A stretch of 64,000 bases of DNA, from IMG/VR virus record IMGVR_UViG_3300001765_000052, one strand, 5' to 3'. The stretch is from a virus. The notes under the pieces are model-generated. The model ran no database searches. It saw only the letters and a program-made list of their open reading frames with translations, and was not told the origin of the DNA. Every line of letters starts with the position of its first letter. Position 1 is the first letter of the stretch. The translations under genes and the position numbers were made by a program. Positions 30,824 through 40,150 of the stretch are shown in pieces.

Positions 30824-31471
30824 ATGAAAATTGGAATATTTACACCTACATATAACAGACCTGATTTCATTCGTAACCTAGTATTACAAATAAATAATCA
30901 GATATTAAAACCTAGTATTTTAGTAATACATCAAAATGGACAGGTCGAAAATTATAAGTGGGTTATTAAAGACATTAAAGCACAATTTGAAATAAAATGG
31001 ATTCATACTAATGTAACACTACCTCAAGACAAATGGTATTCTATTCCATTACAACATTTAGTAAATGTGGATTGTGAGTATTATTTCTGGTGTGATCACG
31101 ATGACATCTATTTTAATGACCATATAGCAGAAGGTATTAGTACCCTTATGTCGGGGTACGATTATACTATAAATAGCCATACTGGTTTATTACTGCTTAA
31201 GAAAGCAGGTTACACTTTTGATCCAAATATGCGATTTAAATCACATGAAGAAAATGGACATTCAAGTTCAATGTGTTTTAATAAAAAGTTTGCAATAGAA
31301 TTACTGAGTGACTTATATAACAATAATAGTAAAATAAATTCAGATGTAGTAGTGAGTCAGATAACAAAGAAAAAATTTAGACATTTATTAAAAAATACAG
31401 ACAAACATCCTACGACTGTTTATGTGTGTCATTCACATACTGTAACGTCTAGTCATTTACTTAAAGAATAA
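30824..31471 (+). CDS. Glycosyltransferase family 2 (GT-A)
   Basis: IFTPTYNRP, CDHDDIY (DxD). Confidence 0.8.
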   Translation: MKIGIFTPTYNRPDFIRNLVLQINNQILKPSILVIHQNGQVENYKWVIKDIKAQFEIKWIHTNVTLPQDKWYSIPLQHLVNVDCEYYFWCDHDDIYFNDHIAEGISTLMSGYDYTINSHTGLLLLKKAGYTFDPNMRFKSHEENGHSSSMCFNKKFAIELLSDLYNNNSKINSDVVVSQITKKKFRHLLKNTDKHPTTVYVCHSHTVTSSHLLKE

Positions 31472-31473
31472 AT

Positions 31474-32121
31474 ATGAAAATAGGAGTAATTACACCTACT
31501 AGATGTAGACCACATTTGATTAGACATACTGTTTTACAGATGCAAAATCAATTTATAAAACCAGATGTAATGGCTATACATCAAAATGGATTACTTGATA
31601 ACTACGAGTGGGCAGTATTTGACTTAAAAACGGATTTTGAAATAAAATGGTTACATACTGAAGAGAATATATGTACCAGTAAAGCTTATCAAATACCTTT
31701 AGAATATTTGATAGATCAAGATTGCACTCATTATTTTTGGGTAGACGATGATGATATATATTTCAATACACACATTAAAGAAAGCATCTGTATATTAAAT
31801 GCAGGGTTTGATTTTACAGTTAATAAATACAGCCATTTATTAAAAGTATATTCGCACAAATTTAGTTTATCCAAGTCAGTGGAATTTATTGCACATGGAC
31901 CTGGTGGTCAATGTAGCAGTATGAGTTTTAATAGAAGATTTGCAATAGAGTTATTAAGTGACTTTAAGAAATACGGACATTTAAACAGTATTGCTGATGT
32001 AGTAGTAACAAAATATACAATGCCAAAATTCCATTGCCACATTAAAGATAAAAAAGAGTCGCCTACAACGGCTTATGTTTGCCACAATGGAACTTATACG
32101 AGTAGCCATTGGTTAACTTAA
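31474..32121 (+). CDS. Glycosyltransferase family 2 (GT-A), tandem paralog
   Basis: VITPTRCRP, VDDDDIY; same length and collinear with the upstream gene. Confidence 0.8.
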   Translation: MKIGVITPTRCRPHLIRHTVLQMQNQFIKPDVMAIHQNGLLDNYEWAVFDLKTDFEIKWLHTEENICTSKAYQIPLEYLIDQDCTHYFWVDDDDIYFNTHIKESICILNAGFDFTVNKYSHLLKVYSHKFSLSKSVEFIAHGPGGQCSSMSFNRRFAIELLSDFKKYGHLNSIADVVVTKYTMPKFHCHIKDKKESPTTAYVCHNGTYTSSHWLT

Positions 32122-32158
32122 TAAAGTTATGTTAAAATTAATCTAAAAGGAAATTAAA

Positions 32159-32965
32159 ATGTTAAAAATATTTGGTTTACATGATACCGATGAATCCATT
32201 AAATCTTTGCAAAGATTATTAAATGAAAAATATAATTTAGATTTAACTGTAGATGGTAACATAGGTAAAATTACCCAAGCTGCTATAGCCAAATACCAAG
32301 AAGATAACGGATTAAACGAAATAGATGAACATGGTGTTTGTTATGGTGAAAAAACACAAGAATGTGCTGCACCATTTATTAAAAACAAATATTTAAATGA
32401 ACAAGATTTTTCATATGCCGCTAATGTTTTAAAAGTAGAAGTTGCTGCAGTAAAGGCTTTTGCTAAAACTGAATCGAAAGAGTTTGGGTTTTTAAAAGAC
32501 GGGTTCCCTATAATTTTATTTGAAAGACATAAATTTTATAAATATATGTCTCAAAAATTAAATAGTGCATCTTTAATAGAATGTTGTAATAAAAATCCAG
32601 ATATTTGTAATAAAGAACCTGGTGGTTATATTGGTGGTAAAGGCGAAATATCTAAATATATGAGAGCTAGTGCTATTAATTCTACTGCTGCTATGGCTAG
32701 CTGTAGCTGGGGTATGTTTCAAATTTTAGCTGCTAACTATAAAGAATGTGGTTATTCTAGTGTAGAAGAATTTGTAGATGCTATGATGAAGAGTGAAAAA
32801 AATCATTTACATGCATTTATAGAATTTATTAAGTCTAATAATGTATTACACCAAGCTCTAATTGATAAGGAATGGAGTACTGTAGCTCGGCTTTATAATG
32901 GACCTGCATATTTAAAAAATAAATATGATTCTAAAATGGAAATTGCTTATAAACAGTTTAGTTAA
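32159..32965 (+). CDS. Modular endolysin: peptidoglycan-binding domain + DUF3380 N-acetylmuramidase
   Basis: LQRLL..L.VDG..G..T..AI..YQ; ES, ILFERH.F, SWGMFQI, YNGP.Y..N.YD.K. Confidence 0.9.
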   Translation: MLKIFGLHDTDESIKSLQRLLNEKYNLDLTVDGNIGKITQAAIAKYQEDNGLNEIDEHGVCYGEKTQECAAPFIKNKYLNEQDFSYAANVLKVEVAAVKAFAKTESKEFGFLKDGFPIILFERHKFYKYMSQKLNSASLIECCNKNPDICNKEPGGYIGGKGEISKYMRASAINSTAAMASCSWGMFQILAANYKECGYSSVEEFVDAMMKSEKNHLHAFIEFIKSNNVLHQALIDKEWSTVARLYNGPAYLKNKYDSKMEIAYKQFS

Positions 32966-32973
32966 TGTTTACA

Positions 32974-33011
32974 TAGCTATCATATTCGTGACATCACGAA
33001 TATGATAGCTA
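32974..33011. terminator. 18-bp inverted repeat
   Basis: tagctatcatattcgtga / tcacgaatatgatagcta. Confidence 0.65.
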
Positions 33012-33033
33012 CATATGCTGTAAACATTTGAAT

Positions 33034-33097
33034 CCAGATTTTTTCAGTCACATATGACTATTTTGATCTTAGTATGGAGTGTCTACTTACGTTAAGG
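33034..33097 (+). promoter_or_regulatory. Early promoter plus imperfect UGUC-loop hairpin
   Basis: ccagattttttcagtcacatatgactattttga; TGTC at 33080. Confidence 0.6.
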
Positions 33098-33135
33098 TCT
33101 ATATCCCCAAAGGACGAAGGTTTAAGGAATTTTTT

Positions 33136-33531
33136 ATGTCTTCAATTCTCTGCGCTTCTGGTTCTATCACCAATAACTTCAGCGAGTTGTTGGCCAACAA
33201 TGGCTCCCGCAAAGCGGTGAGGACGTTGTTAGAGATTTGCTGCATTCCCGTGAAGGAATGGATAACACGGTGTGAGCGTCTGGACGACAGTCCAGATGCT
33301 CTCTTCCAGATCAAAATGGAAGGGGAGGACTACCAGTTGATAGTTCCTATCTTTTCATTGGAGGGTGTGCAGGCTCGCCTCACCCGTGAAAACGAGCCTT
33401 GGGATGCGATGGCAGACGGTAGTGACGAGGTATTTGCCTTGGTCACTGACTTGATGCTGGTCTACAGAGGCGAAATGCCCTTGGATGACGTTAGGAAAAA
33501 GTACCCTCAGAAAGAGAAGGATCTTTACTAA
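33136..33531 (+). CDS. Hypothetical early protein, GC-rich cassette
   Basis: ATG 33136 after AAGGA; own promoter and GC hairpin 33545-33573. Confidence 0.65.
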   Translation: MSSILCASGSITNNFSELLANNGSRKAVRTLLEICCIPVKEWITRCERLDDSPDALFQIKMEGEDYQLIVPIFSLEGVQARLTRENEPWDAMADGSDEVFALVTDLMLVYRGEMPLDDVRKKYPQKEKDLY

Positions 33532-33662
33532 CCGCTACCCAAACCATGCAGCCCTGCCAACACGGGCTGCATGTTCACTAAGATGTTGGAAAATAAACAT
33601 ATGTTTATTTTTTTTTTTATTTTTTTAATCATTGATATGGTTCAATATTAATGGAAATAAAA

Positions 33663-33827
33663 ATGCTTACTAGAGATGAAATTAGAGAAATTTTAATTAC
33701 AAATGGGTTTAAAATATATGAAGGATTGGATGATTTAAAACCATATGTTTATACAGCAGCATATGCTTTAATAGAAGCATACATTAATAAAATATCTGCT
33801 ACTATTGCTACTGAATCTAAAAAATAA
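33663..33827 (+). CDS. Small phage protein (54 aa) missed by the ORF track
   Basis: MLTRDEIREILITNGFKIYEGLDDLKPYVYTAAYALIE...; GGA RBS; inverted repeat 33870-33906 downstream. Confidence 0.6.
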   Translation: MLTRDEIREILITNGFKIYEGLDDLKPYVYTAAYALIEAYINKISATIATESKK

Positions 33828-33919
33828 ACATTGTAAAACAGCAACCTATAATTAAATAATTTACATCATAATACCTACTATCCATTTATTTTGGATAGTA
33901 GGTATTTATTTTGCATTAC

Positions 33920-33953
33920 GGAATTTTTCAGTCGTATATAATAAATCTGGAAT
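33920..33953 (+). promoter_or_regulatory. Early promoter motif upstream of free-standing HNH gene
   Basis: ggaatttttcagtcgtatataataaatctggaat. Confidence 0.55.
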
Positions 33954-33973
33954 ACAATTAATGAAAGATTAAA

Positions 33974-34987
33974 ATGATTAATGAAACAGACGAAATATTA
34001 GTACCTGAAGAGCACCCAATATATATCGGATATTATTATATACCGAATAACATGGATCTTGTAATATCTAGAGATGGTAAAGTTATAAATTTAAATACAG
34101 GTAATAAATTAAAAAATAATATAGGCTTTGACGGATACGTAAGAACATCTTATCAATCAATTGATAAAATAAAAAGTTATAAAATTCATAGACTTTTAGC
34201 AGAAACATTTATTGGTCGTCCGCATAGACATAAAGATAAATCATTTGATATATTAGAAACTAATCATATTGACGGTGATAAATCGAATTATACATTAACA
34301 AATTTAGAATGGGTTACTACATCTGAAAACCAAATACACGCAATAACTATAGGGTTAACAAATTATAGACGTGTTCTAGCTAGAAACATACAAACTGGTG
34401 TAATTAGTGAATATGGTTGTGTTAATTTTTGCGCTGAGGAATTTGATATAAATGCAGATGGTTTGAGGCGGCATTTAAAATCTTCACTTGCTGGAACCAT
34501 AACCAAAAAATGGAATGTATTTAAATATGACGATGGTCAATTATGGCCCGCGCTAAAAAATAAAAATTATCATGAAAACAATTGGGATGTAGATTATGGT
34601 GTGTGGTATGTAACTAATGTTAGTACAGGATTTACATTCATATTTCACACATTGAATGATGCAGCTAAAGAGCACGGATTTACTGTTTCCGCTGTAAGTT
34701 CTGCAAGACTTAAATATGGTGAAAGTGTACCATATAAAGGGTATTTATTTACATACGATCACCAACCAACAGCCCATATACTTAAACAATTACCTGCTAG
34801 AGCTAAAAATGCCAGAGCTAAAGGTGTTCCTCTAAAAGTAACAAACACGGTAACCGGGGAGATATTTAATTATCCAAGTACTTATAGTGCTTCTAGAGAA
34901 TTAAATATAACAACTGGTCGGATAGAATTTGCTTTTATTAATCGTGAAGGTATTGTCGATAATTATAAATTTGAAAAAATTATTTGA
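33974..34987 (+). CDS. Free-standing HNH homing endonuclease (NUMOD4-like/HNH/NUMOD1-like)
   Basis: IHRLLAETF..NHIDGDKSNY...NLEW.T.SEN..HA. Confidence 0.88.
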   Translation: MINETDEILVPEEHPIYIGYYYIPNNMDLVISRDGKVINLNTGNKLKNNIGFDGYVRTSYQSIDKIKSYKIHRLLAETFIGRPHRHKDKSFDILETNHIDGDKSNYTLTNLEWVTTSENQIHAITIGLTNYRRVLARNIQTGVISEYGCVNFCAEEFDINADGLRRHLKSSLAGTITKKWNVFKYDDGQLWPALKNKNYHENNWDVDYGVWYVTNVSTGFTFIFHTLNDAAKEHGFTVSAVSSARLKYGESVPYKGYLFTYDHQPTAHILKQLPARAKNARAKGVPLKVTNTVTGEIFNYPSTYSASRELNITTGRIEFAFINREGIVDNYKFEKII

Positions 34988-34989
34988 TG

Positions 34990-35031
34990 TTAATAATAGA
35001 CAATTGGAATATTCCAATTGTCTATTATTAA
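34990..35031. terminator. 42-bp perfect palindrome between the HNH gene and the ribozyme core
   Basis: ttaataatagacaattggaat|attccaattgtctattattaa. Confidence 0.75.
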
Positions 35032-35043
35032 TTATTTTATTTT

Positions 35044-35331
35044 TAAGCTTCTACACATCTCTGTGTAGAACAGACCATATCTTCACCCTTCTATTGCTAG
35101 TTAGGGTGTCTCCCATTTCCCTACCACTTGGCAGGTACGAGCAGCTACGCTCTGGCCGTTGAGCCTTACCCATATCTTTCGACTTAGGGTCTTGGTTGCT
35201 GATTGACTCTACCTAATATTTTTCAAACATATCATAACCTGCTTTCGCGGATATTGTAGTATATTAGTTTAGCAAGTTATTCCAGCAATTAAAGAGATTA
35301 TCTTCTGTAATATTACTATTACAGGACGCTA
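35044..35331 (-). ncRNA. Group I ribozyme core (IGS, P2-P9) located downstream of the last pol exon, outside any intron
   Basis: Minus strand: IGS uagcg 35331-35327, P2 cuguaaua/uauuacag, P aauugcuggaa 35290-35280, Q aaucagcaac 35204-35195, R gcucaacggcca 35164-35153, S aagauaugguc(u) 35083-35072, P9 with GAGA loop 35070-35049. Confidence 0.88.
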
Positions 35332-35536
35332 GTATTTGTTTTTTCAAATTCAGTTAAAAGCATATCGAGTGAGGGTAATTTAAATAGACTACAAGCGATC
35401 TCTACTGAATTAGTAAAACCACCTGATAAATTTATCCCACTCATTCTTCTAGCTCTATCTTCTATTGAATCTATCTGTATTAATTCTCTACTGGTAGTTT
35501 CTTTAGATATGTTAAAACAAATACCCCCGTTCGGGT
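35319..35536 (-). CDS. Split family-B DNA polymerase N-terminal subunit (phiKZ gp82-like), exon 3
   Basis: Hand-translated (Y)PNGGICFNISKETTSRELIQI...TSVL*; YP....NIS.ET is the second half of PolB motif A; absent from ORF track. Confidence 0.85.
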
Positions 35537-35586
35537 CTTTCGTGTTAAAATAAATTAATTAATTTATTCAGCTATTTAGAAAGTTA
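35537..35586 (-). mobile_element. 50-nt mini-intron (5' splice site + P9.1'/P9.2/P9.0'/omega-G only)
   Basis: ucgU|uaacuuucuaaauagcugaauaaauuaauuaauuuauuuuaacacgaaaG|acccg; removal joins T+AC = Tyr giving DLDVSSSYPN. Confidence 0.8.
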
Positions 35587-35702
35587 ACGAGCTACTTACG
35601 TCCAAGTCAGCTGTAAATGCTCTGATGTTTGTACTTAGATTTGGATTCTCTTCTACAATCTTTAAACCATTATCTGCCACCATGTGCGCAGGAAGCATCA
35701 CG
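35587..35702 (-). CDS. DNA polymerase N-terminal subunit, exon 2 (116 nt)
   Basis: VMLPAHMVADNG...TNIRAFTADLDVSSS; first half of PolB motif A. Confidence 0.85.
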
Positions 35703-37416
35703 CTTTGTTTCCGGATCAGTTCGTTATTCTGAACCCGTTGTCTACAAAAGTGACAACTGCTATATGTCTCCATATAGAAAAGACTATATCATTACCCTAT
35801 ATCTATCGTAGGGTAGTTACTATTTCCACTCACTTGAGTGTACTCCCTCTCGGGATAGTCGTTGAACCTTACCCATATCCTAACTGGACTTAGGGTCTTG
35901 GCTGCTGATTGACTCTACCTTACTATTTTCAAACTGTGGCTTTGATTTTCATCTAGCAGTAGTTAGTAAGTCTAGCGAGTGGTTCCAGCAATTAAATAAC
36001 TTGTCATTCGTTAATTACTTAACGAAGGGGCCATCTGTTCTAGTTGTTTAATTCATAAAAAGACAAATTTTTACCTTTAATTTTTCTAATTCCATGACAC
36101 GTCTTTTCAATCTGGGCTATTGAACTATTTAATTCTTTAGCTGCTATTTTAGACGATGCATAGAAAGCGATTTCATTTCCATTCTCATCTCTAGATATTA
36201 TTCCTCTACCACCGGTAGTCGGAAATTCTCTATAGATAAGAAGCTCTTTATCAGAAAACACAGGCCACTCTATATTAAGAGTTTTGTATTTGAAAATAAA
36301 ACCATGTAAAGGTCGAGAACGAACACCGTTTACGTGTTCTCGGATTGCTGTTATATGCACCCCAGTACCATCTGAAGCAGAATCTATTCCTGAGAAAATT
36401 ATTATTTCACCACTGAATATATCTTTAGCCATAACAGTGAAATAACCACCAGAGTTTTTTATTCTCTGATCGGTTATCGGCCAATCCTTTTCTACTTTCC
36501 GTTTAAATATCCAACCATCTTCATAAAAGTATCTACGTTGTTCGTTTAATCTATTAGAAATAACCTGTGGAGAAATATTAGTTTCTTTTGAGGCTTTTTC
36601 CAGTGACATGAATTCAAACGTAATTCCAGTTATTAAATTTTTAGCTGATACAGGAATTGTGCTATTAGGCATAAGTCCATAATCTAATGCATGTTGGTTA
36701 TTTTGGGAATATGTTACCCATTCTAAATTATCTAGATTGTCAAATCCGGGAATTCCATTTTTATGATTGATTACTAATTTAAATGGACTTTTCGGATAAT
36801 GTATAAAAGTCAAACCAAGTGCCCTATGCCGAGAAATGTTTTTTGACTTCTCGTTATCCGAATTAGCCCACGCTTTAGCGTATCCACCTTTAATATTTTT
36901 CTTTTCTTGGTATTTAGTAAAGCACCAAGATTGAAAACTATCGTTTCTTATACTGTACAATATTCCTTCTTTTGAAATAGCGTATCTAGTATAATAAGGA
37001 ACATAATAAAACCCAGGTTTGTTTTCTAATTCAATTGGGCCATTATTGAAACCATAATAAATATTGATAGTATTTGTGTTATTTGGATTCTCATCGATAT
37101 AACGTGCTTCGATTCTATTCCATAAACACGTTGGTAGATTAACTGAATATTTAACTATTGCTATTATTACTCCTAACTCGTAATATTTTGCACCGTCTAC
37201 CCATTCTATCCAAACTTTTTTACACCTATCTATTTTTATGACTTCAATTAGGTTTTCATTTGAATCAAAAATATCTCCAAATTTATTTAGGTAATATCTT
37301 CCGTTACTAAACGGCAAAACTTTCTTTTCTTCAAAATAAAACATACGAAACCTTAATTGTAGATTATCATACAATATATATTAAGGTCTCATAAAATATG
37401 TTAAGAACAATTTAAA
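35703..37416 (-). mobile_element. Group I intron (IA2-like) with HNH ORF in the P1 loop
   Basis: P 35993-35983, Q 35910-35901, R 35867-35856, S 35792-35781; IGS augGCCC pairs exon-1 GGGU and exon-2 CGU; splicing gives SGWV-VMLP. Confidence 0.88.
36040..37374 (-). CDS. Intron-encoded HNH homing endonuclease
   Basis: RHRALGLTF..INHKNG...DNLDNLEWVTYSQN..HA plus NUMOD1-like repeats. Confidence 0.88.
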   Translation of the reverse strand: MYDNLQLRFRMFYFEEKKVLPFSNGRYYLNKFGDIFDSNENLIEVIKIDRCKKVWIEWVDGAKYYELGVIIAIVKYSVNLPTCLWNRIEARYIDENPNNTNTINIYYGFNNGPIELENKPGFYYVPYYTRYAISKEGILYSIRNDSFQSWCFTKYQEKKNIKGGYAKAWANSDNEKSKNISRHRALGLTFIHYPKSPFKLVINHKNGIPGFDNLDNLEWVTYSQNNQHALDYGLMPNSTIPVSAKNLITGITFEFMSLEKASKETNISPQVISNRLNEQRRYFYEDGWIFKRKVEKDWPITDQRIKNSGGYFTVMAKDIFSGEIIIFSGIDSASDGTGVHITAIREHVNGVRSRPLHGFIFKYKTLNIEWPVFSDKELLIYREFPTTGGRGIISRDENGNEIAFYASSKIAAKELNSSIAQIEKTCHGIRKIKGKNLSFYELNN

Positions 37417-38762
37417 ACCCACCCCGATAAACTTGTAGTTTCTGTATCTACATCTTCTTTCATTTCACCACTTGTAGACCCTATTACTTTACCATTCTTT
37501 AAACAAAAATGGTGAAGTGAATCGATTAAACGTTTAGGTTGACTATTGAAATTATTATAATCGCTACAACCTGAAAACATAGGCAAAGAAAGGGATAAAT
37601 CGTTTGTTTTTTCATCTAACATCTCCATTGATATACAGTCAAACATATTATAAACTATATATTCTAGTTTATAATTCTTTTGCATAACCTGGTGCCATTT
37701 TAAACCAGTATATTCATCAGCTTCCTTAAATCTTAATTTACCAATATCGAGTTCTTTACCAAGAATAGCATCCAATGAATAACTTTTTTCTTCAGGTGAA
37801 CCCGTTCTAATTTTCTTATATGCACACATGGCATCTATCCAATAAAAAGAAGATGGTGCAAATACACTGTGCCATCTATCACTGGGTTTATAAGAAATAA
37901 CCACACCAGATGCAGTAGTTTTTTTAGGTAAACCTTCTTTATATTTAAAGTATTTGTATTCTGGTGGTACACTGGGGTCACTCATTATTTCTGCTATATT
38001 GGCACCAGCTCTATCACATGCACTAACTATTTTACCCATATCGAAAGAAAGATTCCACACAGATAAAAAATCTGGCATCCATTCATGAGCTTTTGCTATA
38101 GATACTTTAACTACATCTATTTCGCTTGGGACTATAACAATCTGTGCCTTTATTTTTCTTTTCTCGAAAATTTCTGATAGGTATTTGGTACATAGCATTT
38201 TTACTTTTTGCTCTACATCAATAAACCCTTTTACAAATGATTCTTGTACTACAGTAATAAGTTTATCTTTGAATGACACTGTAGCCATTATGATTTGTTC
38301 AGTGCCATTGATAACATCTGTTTCAGTATCAAATACGGCATTGGTGCTAGGTGTAGTAACATCCCACTTATCTTTATATTTTTGTTTAATAATAGCGGTA
38401 GATGAAATATCTGTTCCATAAATAAATGGAGATTCTTGTAATTCCCTCATTCCTTTTTTAAACCATGGTTTACCTATAGATCTAGCAACGGAATTAACCA
38501 GATTTCTTTGAGTAGATTTAAATTGATCTAATTCATCTATACTAGCCCACTCCTTCTTGGAGGTATGGTTTTGTAAGCCTTTCTTTGTAATATAGTAGTC
38601 GCGCTGAAAATTTGAAATCTGCCTTAGGTTGGGTTTAGTGCTACCGTCCGGGTTATGGATGATTTCCTTGACTACATGTAGATCATTATATGGATCTGCA
38701 TTTGACTTAACGTAAGTTGCGAAGCGGCATTCTATGATGGGCTCTGGCGTTTTGGTTTCCAT
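37417..38762 (-). CDS. DNA polymerase N-terminal (3'-5' exonuclease) subunit, exon 1; spliced product ~559 aa
   Basis: Exo motifs FDTETD, WNLSFD, YSLDAIL, YNMFDC. Confidence 0.85.
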
Positions 38763-38830
38763 ACTGTTTTCCTTTTGTCTAATTTCTCACAAAGAATTAG
38801 GCTTATTTATATTTTTAAACTGGGTAAAAA

Positions 38831-40150
38831 ATGAGAGAAAAATTAATGCAATATGATATTGCAAACGAAACAATTGATTTCCAGGATGGTAAACTATTTA
38901 AGAATTTAACTGCACAGATAGAAGAAATTCGTTCAGTTAATACAGGTACAAATGTACCTATACTTTTTTCCGAACCATTTGAAAAACTTAGCAAACTTAT
39001 TCAAAGTGAAACTGGGTTAGATGTCAATTTTGAATCCGGCGACGGATTCGCAGTGCTGTTTCCTACAATGAGCAATAACCATACGCTGCTTGATAACTAT
39101 TATAAGGAGTTACTTGAACAATACAAAACATATAATGATAGTTTTGCAGATGTGCGTTTAGTGCTTAAAAATATGAATGCTAAAATAATAAATGGATCAG
39201 TGTCTCTAAATGATTCCATGGTTACTGGTGTATTTACTAAAATCCCAATAACAATGATAATGGTTAACACTATGTTTAATAAAAATTGCAACTACACTTC
39301 AGCCGAAGTAGCTGCTATAATGCTGCATGAAATTGGGCATATTTTTACAGGTATGGAATTTTTATCCAGAACTATTACAACTAACCAAGTTTTAGCTAGT
39401 ATGACAAGAGCGTTAGATAAAACTGTTCCAAGTAATGATCGAGATGTCATATTTGCAAAAGGGATCGAGTTACTAAAACTCGATGATGATCAAAGACAAG
39501 CTTTATTAAATAATAAAGATAAAAAAACATTAGCAATTATTGTGCTAGATGCAAATATTAAATTATCAGTTAGTGAATTAGGTAAAAGTATTTATGATGT
39601 TAACTCATGTGAACAGTTAGCGGATATGTTTGCTGCCAGGCACGGTGCAGGTAGGGAAATGGTTACTGCACTTGATAAATTATACACTGAGTTCGATAAT
39701 GATGGTAGTATATCTTACAATGGCTATGTTCTTCGGGCGTCTTTAATTGTAGGTTTATTTGGTTTACCAAATATAATTGTTTCACTTAGTCTAGTTGGTG
39801 CTGTATGGTTTATAGGTTTTTGTTTTATGACTTTACTTATGAATAAAGAATGCGATACTTACGATAGTCCAAAGGCAAGAGCTAATAGAATCAAGATGCA
39901 AAATATTGAGCTTTTAAAAGACAAAAAAATAAGCAAAGAAAGAAAGCAATCTGTAATAGAAACAAATATTATAATTGACAAGGTTATTGAAAATTATAGT
40001 GATAATCTAGGTTTCTATGAAACACTTGCTTATTATTTAAAACCTAGTTACAGAAATGCACATAAATATCAACTTCTCCAGCAAGACCTGGAAAAGCTTG
40101 CTGGAAATTCATTATTTGAAACATCAGCTAAACTATCTTTATTATCCTAA
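38831..40150 (+). CDS. Virion protein with HExxH zincin motif and hydrophobic segment
   Basis: AAIMLHEIGH, EQLADMFAARHG, C-terminal TM-like stretch. Confidence 0.65.
   Translation: MREKLMQYDIANETIDFQDGKLFKNLTAQIEEIRSVNTGTNVPILFSEPFEKLSKLIQSETGLDVNFESGDGFAVLFPTMSNNHTLLDNYYKELLEQYKTYNDSFADVRLVLKNMNAKIINGSVSLNDSMVTGVFTKIPITMIMVNTMFNKNCNYTSAEVAAIMLHEIGHIFTGMEFLSRTITTNQVLASMTRALDKTVPSNDRDVIFAKGIELLKLDDDQRQALLNNKDKKTLAIIVLDANIKLSVSELGKSIYDVNSCEQLADMFAARHGAGREMVTALDKLYTEFDNDGSISYNGYVLRASLIVGLFGLPNIIVSLSLVGAVWFIGFCFMTLLMNKECDTYDSPKARANRIKMQNIELLKDKKISKERKQSVIETNIIIDKVIENYSDNLGFYETLAYYLKPSYRNAHKYQLLQQDLEKLAGNSLFETSAKLSLLS

Noticed and set aside
27445-32965. Holin call near spanins/endolysin
   Set aside because: No small multi-TM ORF adjacent; cannot be supported.
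35319-35536. Permuted intron-exon (PIE) circularisation of exon 3
   Set aside because: No 5' splice site pairing with the IGS via U-G was seen at the end of exon 3; the matching site is at the end of exon 2. Not excluded as a side reaction.
35537-35586. T4 gene 60-type translational bypass (also a 50-nt gap)
   Set aside because: No matching take-off/landing codons, and the conserved Tyr codon is split (T|AC), which needs RNA splicing.
34929-35893. ORF-track calls 34929..35162, 35629..35811, 35684..35893 and the N-terminal part of 35576..35773
   Set aside because: They are antisense to or inside ribozyme cores and pol exons; no RBS or recognisable motifs.
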